Assembly: GCA_044342075.1 (NCBI GenBank)
Contig: JBIIQM010000001.1
Location: 15,847-79,846, forward strand
Direction of reading: 5' to 3'
Source: Pirellulales bacterium
GTDB lineage: Bacteria > Planctomycetota > Planctomycetia > Pirellulales > UBA1268
DNA: 64,000 bases
The translations under genes and the position numbers were made by a program. Positions 40,401-45,581 of this stretch are shown here, one piece after another. The notes beneath the pieces are model-generated. The model had not been told where the DNA came from. It did not search any database and saw only the letters and a program-made list of their open reading frames with translations. Within the stretch, counting starts at the first letter, position 1, and every line of letters starts with the position of its first letter.

Positions 40401-42915
40401 CGAGGCCGGCGAGATGGAGTTTGTGATGCCTTTGGCGGGCACGCTCTCCCCAGCCGCGGGCATCGAGGTGCCGGTGAACCCGGACGGATCCTGGTCCGTT
40501 GACGTCGCCTGGGATGCGTCGGCCCTCCCCTCGGGCGACCTCTGGATCTACGGCCAGGTGGATGACGACGGCGTGTGGGTTCCCGTCTACGGCGCGTCGG
40601 CAGGGCCGTTCCAGGTCGTGCGCGATGTTGAAGGCCGCATCACCGAGCCGTCTGGAAAGACGCAGAACGGCATCGCGATCATGCGGGGCCGCGCGGGCGT
40701 GCCGGTCTTCGCCGACCTCGATGACGACGGCATCTGGGACGCCGGCATCGAGCCGCGGGCGATCTCCGACAGCCAGGGTTCCTGGTTCCTCGACGTCCCG
40801 GGCAGCGATGTGCTCGGCGGCGGCGGGGTGGTACCGATCGTCTATTCATTGCCCGACTACGTCTCTCCGGCGGCCGGCAGTTCGGCGCGGCAGGCCGTGA
40901 CGCTCACGGAGGCCGGGGCGAAGCTCGACCTGCGGGTGGACTTCACAAGGCCGGTCATCAGCGGCGAAGTCTTCGTGGATGGGGGTGGGTCGCGCAGCTT
41001 CTTTGACAGGCTGTCGCAGCCGGTCTCGGGGCTGGCCGTGGTGGCGACGAGCCCGGACGGCCGCGTCTATCGCGTCTCGACCGACAACTTCGGCCGGTAC
41101 GAGATCCCGGTGGCGGCGACCGGCCGCTATTCCGTGGCGATCGATTTCGCGGGCGCGACGTTCCTCGGCCACACGATCCGGGCTGCTCACGGCGAGGCAG
41201 CCGTCCGCCGCGTGAACGTGGCCGGAGCGGGCGTGGCGGTCGTGGATCGGTTTGAAGTCGATTCCGTCGGCATCGTCCGCGATCTCGACTCCGACCGCTC
41301 GGAGAGCCTGCCGGCGCTCGTGCGGCACTCGAACGACGGATTCGTCTCTACGATCGAGTTCGACGGCAGCCTCCGCGGCCAGATGGTCGAGCTCGAGCCG
41401 CCCGACCTGCCCGCACCGTCGTCGTATTACGTCTACGACGAGCAGGACGATCGCTGGGAACTCGTGATGCCTCCGGCCGACGACGTCGCGCTCGCCGGCC
41501 CATCGGCCTTCGTCATCCGTGACGACCTCCGCATCCTCGGCGGCGATCTCGGCATCACGCTCAAGCCCGGCGCCGCAGCCGCCCACGACGCTTTCCGTGC
41601 CTTCCACGTGGTTCCGGGTGTTTCGTTCGAGCTTGCGGGGCTGCGGCTCGAGGGATTCGCGAGCCAGGGCCCTGATGGCGCGGCCGGTCGCGGCGGGGCG
41701 ATCTTCAACCAGGGCCGCACGACCGTTCGCGACGTCACGTTCGTGAGCAACACGGCCCGTTTTGCGCAGACTTCGACCGACTCGGGCCGCGGGGGCGCAA
41801 TCTTCAATGCCGCCGGGGCCGAGCTCACGCTCGCCGGGCGGCTCGGCTTCCACGGCAATGCCGCGGAGGATGGTTCGGCGATCTGGACCGAGGGGAGCAT
41901 CTCGTTCGACGCCGACGTGGCCGAGACGAACAAGGCGTCGCGACGCACGAAACTCCTCGACATCGACATCACCGACGCGGCCGGCCTCTCCGTGCCGGTG
42001 GCCTTCAACATCCGCGGCGCCGATGCCGGCCGGTTCATGGTCGCCGACGGCGCTCTCTGGCTGCGACCGGGCACCCGCTTGAATAGCGAGGGACGCAATC
42101 AGTACACGGGGCGGGTCACGGTCGATAGCATCGCCATCGAGGGATCGGGGCCGCGCACCGGCGTGTTCACGCTCGACGTGACCGACGTCAACGAGGCGCC
42201 GCTGGCGGTGCGGCTGTCCGGCAGCATCATCGCCGAGAACATGCCCGCAGGCACCGTGGTCGGCAGTTTCTCGTCGGTCGATCGCGACCAAGACGAGCTC
42301 TTTACCTACAGCATGGTGCCTGGCCGAGGCGGACGTGACAACGCCGCCTTCGAGATTCGTGGTGGGCAGTTGGTCGCAACCGAGTCGTTCAACTTCGAGA
42401 TGCGGAGGACCTATTCGATCCGCGTCCGCTCGACCGACCGGGGTGGGCTCTTCGCCGAACGGGTCTTCGTGATCCGCGTGCGCAACATGCCCGAGCGGCA
42501 GTCTGCCGTCGGCATGACGCTCCCCGCGGCCTTCGAGGCCATCGCCGGCAACCGCAGCAAGCTTGTCTTTGCACAATCGCCGCTAAGCGATACCAATCCG
42601 TCGGCCACGCGGCAGATCGTCGTGACGCTGCGGGTTGCGAGCGGAGCGATCTATGCCAAAGCCGCTGCGGGCGTGACGGTCGGCGGAACCGCTGCCGCCC
42701 GGACGTTCACGGGAACGCTCGACGACCTGAACCTGTATTTCACAGATCCCCGCGGGTTCGTCACGTATCGGGCGCCAAGGGGCAGCGCAGCCGCGCAGAC
42801 GCTCACCGCGGTGGCGAGCAAGCCGAATGGACCGCGAAGCCGACCGTCGACCGCCACGATCAGTGTCACCCCGCGGAGCGAAGCACTCTTCCGGGTATTC
42901 GGCCAGGCGGAGTGA
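31444..42915 (+). CDS. giant (3,823-aa) extracellular adhesin-like protein
   Basis: Start at the ATG of MKSRSWRMFRR (a TTG at 31396 is possible). It has the N-terminal RRRGQRSTLRLELLEARQLLA motif, many ~80-aa beta-type repeats and SdrD-B/Cna-B-like modules (YFDANGNGAFDAGE..GEYYFYDV). There are also PMP/beta-helix-like GGAIFN repeats (~41690-41910) and a cadherin-like repeat (DVNEAP..., ~42184-42495). Confidence 0.9.
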   Translation: MKSRSWRMFRRADSPPTGSQRPRRRGQRSTLRLELLEARQLLAADVDVAGLLFRGDLVQDGQRWVAASGAVDVGFKPAANEAFRPLFTVSGGTTVDVVDTSVSFTGQGSVSGRPFFSASPLQPIALDLESLIGAGVFVAGSPFAWGGALQASTLKLVNPGGGDTSDSRIEFAGAGTFSFGDAANGSRSPLALSDLQATLAPTGDGSATAKAAGEFYAAGTSWMIAGNDFSATLVSGVSSASIAGAASVTIDGDAFAATFSGQGLQVGQSAISGLTATLDGSFTPGGAKLAGSSWNATWSSGTLDVTGSGTLEFGTANTGTTANALPAITGAALAIADGRIASAAATLVGTIQMAGSKWEFGSAPLSYAADADELRIRGTATATLNPAGGVPAQATLEGTGLAITAGGVKSLASRIASGDLKVAGTTVAISDLVLTYAANEDAIDFSGKAKITLDLGITNGPWTINAFTGRVSAGAFAKFGGTVDVVQETDYFPDRSEDAVLKFLLGTILQAKLNLGLFIDPTTGLDFLQLTGGFNLDFAVVKLKLDTTNNGILVRNGTLEQFEAVHRGELSVATSKFRALDSLVKWVRETGELQVSGSFEFYLGKKFWPKDNTGKPVPPYQGTPNEESLRAEAENIIVVDLGTSAEPGLVIKNGVLEKLDANVSAKTINLGLFEMKLNKAGFVYKKDYVTDAGTTVPSYLGFYGEVALSNQIQKTLQGTTLAASLGTRERPGIEIVDNNYNINNLKLFFGAAWSGPFQINELFFEWKKTSTSEYTINGGGMITLGPIRVGCEIGLYQGTTVTDTGLTQPTAWLFDRIKIKWEAAEENGYRGIPIKGVFIRKLAGELKNLQSPGDVTFVGTVGISAGPLIKLPGVQNNIPGQNGLVNIHPLMAEGRVTISKSMLVVDASFYKFAYYDVSYAGTSLDPWRYLLGKGTGTLTIDWTRDIYELKGNFTALDLIRGELLLRFFSTDTGSVGFVGFGSVDIKPEPNSKFDFKPVSWFNARGSVFYVVDDSRNEFGAWGTIKIAIFSATGGLLYDIRNDTFDFLDASEVKDYEKKARAIMNGTDQTFPWSREYDVGIATGSTNLYANKLTAAIPFSTRKITSTQYQGRTGNEYTVAEMLTEADIEVAVSGLPSGTSYRTSVSLQPAKDGVASGQILLEIFPAGAPSLDSSRTFAGLGLAQLAGKVQVKLKKNSFLSADAAVVEAVAAKPNDYLTGVVFVDGKPDLAKADWDESKQVGGAGILPSLVTTPTMPQPTISLGGPAGDVAVHREINSFTNETLFRFTTNASPHTRDKGVVSLHVIDQREVLAKRWLIQATSGTVTGDVDGTAAGVADARVVEMAAFSQQEIVGNAADDEIVWTPAVGMEVLYFDSDRAVRRGRIEELGTALDEQGRPRELTLRVADGSTATVAREKMKPLWLDRGVAKIRAGAGVTLEVGAVYLASASGKAASLPNATGGRDYFELFDAKEAIRFGAVPTAAPAVLSNRDVRFASLPDAVGAIFDAKADKRRDTFQRSGDWTVTTLGGGVAVPVTSVNGTNSQTSSASLPLSLFADGARFTWREDALAPTPRYVFMTIDDKLHAATSSDFVSFTSSPEVTGKVILRDAAGTEEPLAGVRAYFDANGNGAFDAGERHAYTGPTGEYYFYDVSTAGNDVRFELTANRRTTDGGPATVSFVRGANPVTVAPTLVVSTIYPLIKGRVGVDANANGKIDEGEQGFPLAKVVVTGAAGVTVTGLTNESGWFEIQVTEEFGPTVTAAVGGAEDENTSLDVTDPSSATVTIAGIDYLQPKIFTADFAVQAGIEFRFDPNQSFWANLGTYLGLFSSGRYTKISLLTTGFEFHVDKFQFLSGKADETGLKTARGRAIFQGETLKFEFPGPRGLVVKGKELAEVNAKFSGTIPIFGAKLNLDTLAVRYVAADPVAGTAAAFRLTGSTELDIAGQRLRISLPGSGLVITDQGIQSLEAKLTGTLKIGGQDLELGSLAASYNRATDTLRLTGQSQLLSLGSRASGRFFGLDDVVLEMTQGKITSLAARISGMYEVEGASFALNNLAFRYAPQDDAFSLTGQTSLQVGASTLAVSLPAPGIVFSPAGVAINGKVTGSVVVGGSTLALEQLALTYGEGALRILGNVDLTVESRKLALASMDLRWKNGAFRSLSAGIGGEIEISQAIVKLNTMQAGYDADTDTFSLSGGATLLLRQTGQAKGEDKLDKLLGISGSIGVKAGAVQSLVATVQTGSLAMAGGALELKSLTVTYDRQQESFGIAGSSKLAIAGGELTATLVAPGLVWKQGAFGGFSAQLGGLLPLQKDSKGKVTAAVEVRNFSASYTAATATLVLKGAGEVRVGANRGVLETDATGIVIVNGSLRAFSGFLTLAIDFGSEAFTDANKNGLWDESEQFTDANGNKKFDGGFAIAVSRAGLAYAAAAGEAPSRVKLSGKGRLDFDGTGPGNEGVEIDLSTTGIELVGGEIENFTLSVAARFKLGSVDFTPGPGTTVGFRYQRALSQIDVFGSVGIKVADTSFAFVMGTSFDNPGIRLQHGAITYATADITTGFGIGDLRLEVKEAGFTYDAAASAWAIYGSASLTNVFSVGIDLGKRASPGLLVRDNDWEIRNGTFRAAGFDLGAIKLDEVTISLQKTAASWKVSGAAGLTLPMGIGAAGSFELVNGAISSISVGLFSETGIPIPQTPLFVTSIEGSIRNLDNLAAVSVTGRIGLMAGPSVSLLGKSARVAQFFGSFTLDASSLRLQADAYLGAINTGTTTSQVWTGLIGEGTAVILVDWSRNVYYGDISAKFLGGTFLATGRMGFSEADGLLMRGTARMRIPDKIPIIGGEEIAGAGFQFQHKAGFETYVMGWGQFWGGTRGLKYDLVNDKFTSIGTKDLEAVQNGPVLRSAAFVEPLSFSAVDEELVLTAAAPAEEAMAEPVDDRAFAAAPLSAAVGPSSIDAPALPGRPGAPGRIDTGRQTTRLTGRVNDPTMTTVRVSLFYSLDEAGEMEFVMPLAGTLSPAAGIEVPVNPDGSWSVDVAWDASALPSGDLWIYGQVDDDGVWVPVYGASAGPFQVVRDVEGRITEPSGKTQNGIAIMRGRAGVPVFADLDDDGIWDAGIEPRAISDSQGSWFLDVPGSDVLGGGGVVPIVYSLPDYVSPAAGSSARQAVTLTEAGAKLDLRVDFTRPVISGEVFVDGGGSRSFFDRLSQPVSGLAVVATSPDGRVYRVSTDNFGRYEIPVAATGRYSVAIDFAGATFLGHTIRAAHGEAAVRRVNVAGAGVAVVDRFEVDSVGIVRDLDSDRSESLPALVRHSNDGFVSTIEFDGSLRGQMVELEPPDLPAPSSYYVYDEQDDRWELVMPPADDVALAGPSAFVIRDDLRILGGDLGITLKPGAAAAHDAFRAFHVVPGVSFELAGLRLEGFASQGPDGAAGRGGAIFNQGRTTVRDVTFVSNTARFAQTSTDSGRGGAIFNAAGAELTLAGRLGFHGNAAEDGSAIWTEGSISFDADVAETNKASRRTKLLDIDITDAAGLSVPVAFNIRGADAGRFMVADGALWLRPGTRLNSEGRNQYTGRVTVDSIAIEGSGPRTGVFTLDVTDVNEAPLAVRLSGSIIAENMPAGTVVGSFSSVDRDQDELFTYSMVPGRGGRDNAAFEIRGGQLVATESFNFEMRRTYSIRVRSTDRGGLFAERVFVIRVRNMPERQSAVGMTLPAAFEAIAGNRSKLVFAQSPLSDTNPSATRQIVVTLRVASGAIYAKAAAGVTVGGTAAARTFTGTLDDLNLYFTDPRGFVTYRAPRGSAAAQTLTAVASKPNGPRSRPSTATISVTPRSEALFRVFGQAE

Positions 42916-42962
42916 CCGCCCGCGAGTTGGCTGGCTGCAAAGTCTGCTAGAATGCCGTCCAC

Positions 42963-43036
<74 letters not shown>

Positions 43037-43095
43037 TTCAAAGCTGTCCAGTGGCGAAGCGAGGCCCGAAGGGATCGCGACGCCGGAAAGCAGCC

Positions 43096-43123
43096 TGCAG
43101 GTTCAAGTCCTGCCGGGCGTATT
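43096..43123 (+). repeat. 28-bp direct duplicate of the tRNA-Arg 3' end (att-like)
   Basis: TGCAGGTTCAAGTCCTGCCGGGCGTATT is identical at 43011-43038 and 43096-43123. The second copy has only the T-arm and acceptor 3' half. Confidence 0.9.
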
Positions 43124-43138
43124 GTTGGCGATCGGGTC

Positions 43139-43555
43139 TCACTCCGTGGTCGGCACGTGCGGCTCCACCGCAGTCACCGTCTTGCGGGCGATATCACGGG
43201 CAGCGACAGCGTCTTGCCGCGTGTAAAAACCGGATGGCGTGAGATCCTCGGCACCGTAAAAGGCGAGTTCCCGGTCACGCCGCAGAGTCCGCGAGCCAGC
43301 CGCGAGGGCCTCGACGTGTGGCTGAACCGCCCGGGGAAGCCGCGATTTCTCTGCCGTGAGCACCTCCGACACATCGTGGATTCGCGGTGGCTCGATGCCG
43401 GAGCCCCGCAGCAGGCCCTTGAGCGCCAGCTCCACGACTTCCTGCGACTCCCGCACCACGTCCGCCCAGCTGTGGGCGGCAAAGAGTGCGTCCAGGGCCG
43501 CCAGCCGCGCCTTCGCCCGGCGAACGTAGTCTGCTGCGAGTTCAGGACTGCGCAT
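43139..43555 (-). CDS. HEPN domain protein (putative toxin partner of the MNT)
   Basis: About 138 aa, all-helical, with the HEPN-like core SRTLRRDRELAFYG. Its start overlaps the MNT gene end by 14 nt. The ORF extends to 43630. Confidence 0.65.
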   Translation of the reverse strand: MRSPELAADYVRRAKARLAALDALFAAHSWADVVRESQEVVELALKGLLRGSGIEPPRIHDVSEVLTAEKSRLPRAVQPHVEALAAGSRTLRRDRELAFYGAEDLTPSGFYTRQDAVAARDIARKTVTAVEPHVPTTE

Positions 43556-44165
43556 CGAAACCCTCGTCGATCCAGTAGGGCTGGCCCTGAGCCATGCGCC
43601 GCACCAGCCCGCCCGCCGCAATGCGTTCACGGATGCTGATCAGCCGCCGTGACAACGCCAGATTGCGATCGTAGAGAACGATCCCGCAGACTGCGGCTTC
43701 CGCCCAACTGCCAGACACGCGATCGTCTGCCGCGGGCAGATGCACGAAATGGAGGTCGACTTCGCGGCCATCCCAGGCCAGCGCCCTCTCCTCCCACTCG
43801 CGATACAGCGCCCGAGTGATCGGCCTGCCTGAGCGGACCACGGCGAGCAGATCGACGTCCGACGTGGTGGAGAGATCATCGCGGGCGAACGACCCGTGCA
43901 GCACGATCCCCTCGAGATCGTCGCCGAGCCACGATCGGATCGACAGTACGACCTCCGCGGCGGCGACCCCGCCGGCGCCAGGGGCCGCCAGCATGCGACC
44001 GCACCATTCGTTGAGTGAAACGCCTGCCGTCAGGGCATCCTGCCGAAGCAGGTCGTGGAGCCGGGCGTCGAGACGCAAAACGAATGTGCCGGATGCGGGA
44101 GATCGGCGTGCAGCCCGAGCCCCGGGCGGACGGCCCGCGGAGCGCGGCTTGATACTGTTACCCAT
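43542..44165 (-). CDS. minimal nucleotidyltransferase (MNT) with N-terminal RHH/HicB-like DNA-binding module
   Basis: LRLDARLHDLLRQDALTAGVSLNEW (ribbon-helix-helix-like) followed by the NTase motif HGSFARDDLSTTSDVDLL. Confidence 0.75.
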   Translation of the reverse strand: MGNSIKPRSAGRPPGARAARRSPASGTFVLRLDARLHDLLRQDALTAGVSLNEWCGRMLAAPGAGGVAAAEVVLSIRSWLGDDLEGIVLHGSFARDDLSTTSDVDLLAVVRSGRPITRALYREWEERALAWDGREVDLHFVHLPAADDRVSGSWAEAAVCGIVLYDRNLALSRRLISIRERIAAGGLVRRMAQGQPYWIDEGFDAQS

Positions 44166-44171
44166 ACCATC

Positions 44172-44181
44172 ATGATATCAT
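44172..44181. promoter_or_regulatory. 10-bp palindrome ATGATATCAT just upstream of the RHH-MNT start (candidate TA operator)
   Basis: A perfect palindrome 7 nt from the ATG of a protein with an RHH-like N-terminus. Function is inferred only. Confidence 0.25.
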
Positions 44182-44580
44182 CGAAGTGACCGCTCCGGAA
44201 AGTGCGGCCGCTTGCGGATCCGCCTTGCGCCGAAGCCACCCGGCCGGCGGTGTCCACATCGCGATTCCGCCTTGATAGCCGGGAAAACGCGTCCAGCTGG
44301 CGGCCGGCCCTTGCCTCACCGTGGGCGGCGGGCGAAGGGTTGTCGCCGAGGCAGCCGGGAGAGCGTTTCGCTCGCCCGAAGGCCCCTGGCGATTTTTCTC
44401 GGAAGACGAGTTGCTGGCAGCTCCGCCTCTTTGCGGAGCCCCGGCGCAGCGTAGGCCGAGTGGGTGAACGCTTTCGGGCGTCTCCCCCACCGGCTTTTTT
44501 GTTGCGCCGAAACGCACTTTGGCGCGCCTTTGGGCGCAGCGGACGCCGTCGAACGTCCCTCCCACAAGGGAGCAAGCTCC

Positions 44581-45438
44581 ATGCGTTTCCTCGCGTTTCT
44601 ATCTCGCAGTCTGCTTCTGTCTACGATCGCGGCGGCCTTGGCCGTGGCGGCGGTCGCGTGTGCACCCCGCCCGGCGGCCGGCGACGTGATCTTCATGGCA
44701 TCGGGCACTTCCAGCCTCGGCACACCGGTGGCGTTTCAGGCCCAGTTCTCCATCGACGGAGACAACCTGAAGATCGTGCTCGACAACCTGTCTCCCAAAG
44801 ACACGACCGACGCGGCCGAAGTGCTCACCAGTTTCTACTTCGACATCTGGAACGGCACGACCCGGCCGACGCTCAAATACGAGAGCGCAAGCGGCTTCGT
44901 CTTTCAGGTGAAGAGGGGGCGGGACAACGACGTGCCGGTCTACTACACGCCGCAGAGATACGAGAAAGCGGAAGACAAGCCGAGCAACCTGCTGGCAAAG
45001 GAGAAAGGCGATGCCTCCTGGCAGTTTTTGGAGATGGATCCCGCGCATGCCCCAAATCTCGGCGTTGGGATCGGCACGGTCGCCAACAATGGCCTCAAGC
45101 CGAACGATTTCACGGCGGCGGTCGTGGGGCCCGCGGGCAACGACTTCATCAACTTCGGGATCTACCGGGGGGGCGATATCAACCCCAGCGGTGTCCTCAA
45201 CAACAAATACGTGGTGAAGAACACCGCCACGTTCAACTTCACCGGGGTGGGCAACTACAAGGAGACCGACATCCGGCCCAAGGCGGTGTTTGGCCTTGGC
45301 ACGACGCCGGACTCGATCGTGGTGGTGCCGGAGCCGAGCACAATCGTGATCGCCGCGAGCGGCGTCCTGCTCACAGCGTGGCGCGCAGGGCGGCGTCGAA
45401 AGGCAGGCTGGAAGCCTGCCCCACCGACGACAGGCTGA
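44581..45438 (+). CDS. PEP-CTERM sorting-domain protein
   Basis: Signal peptide MRFLAFLSRSLLLSTIAAALAVAAVA. C-terminal VVPEPSTIVIAASGVLLTAWRAGRRRK plus an 11-aa tail and stop codon that are encoded by REP units. Confidence 0.8.
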   Translation: MRFLAFLSRSLLLSTIAAALAVAAVACAPRPAAGDVIFMASGTSSLGTPVAFQAQFSIDGDNLKIVLDNLSPKDTTDAAEVLTSFYFDIWNGTTRPTLKYESASGFVFQVKRGRDNDVPVYYTPQRYEKAEDKPSNLLAKEKGDASWQFLEMDPAHAPNLGVGIGTVANNGLKPNDFTAAVVGPAGNDFINFGIYRGGDINPSGVLNNKYVVKNTATFNFTGVGNYKETDIRPKAVFGLGTTPDSIVVVPEPSTIVIAASGVLLTAWRAGRRRKAGWKPAPPTTG

Positions 45439-45450
45439 AGCCTGTCCTAC
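45402..45450 (-). repeat. two tandem REP units overlapping the 3' end of the PEP-CTERM CDS
   Basis: 45402-45424 GGCAGGCTGGAAGCCTGCCCCAC; 45429-45450 consensus. Confidence 0.88.
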
Positions 45451-45490
45451 TTTCGGCAGGGAAGCCGCCGTGGTCGGCGGAAGCTCGGCT

Positions 45491-45527
45491 AAAAAAGCGA
45501 CGGCCCGGGTCTTGCGACCCGGGCCGT
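45491..45527 (-). terminator. rho-independent terminator of the YTV gene
   Basis: On the minus strand: ACGGCCCGGGTC-GCAA-GACCCGGGCCGT followed by CGCTTTTTT, about 55 nt after the TAA stop. Confidence 0.8.
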
Positions 45528-45581
45528 GCTCGTTCCCAATCGTTTCGGCTCAGAGCCGACAGATCACACGCTGCGAGGGCG

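Noticed and set aside
43096-43123. Second tRNA gene downstream of tRNA-Arg
   Set aside because: Only the T-arm and the acceptor 3' strand are present. No D-arm, anticodon arm or matching 5' acceptor strand could be folded, so it is interpreted as an att-type duplicate.
44166-44580. 415-bp gap upstream of the PEP-CTERM gene as a possible ncRNA or riboswitch
   Set aside because: It contains a few short hairpins (for example GCTCCGC-CTCTTT-GCGGAGC) but nothing matching a riboswitch or sRNA class I can recognise. It cannot be supported without covariation or expression data.
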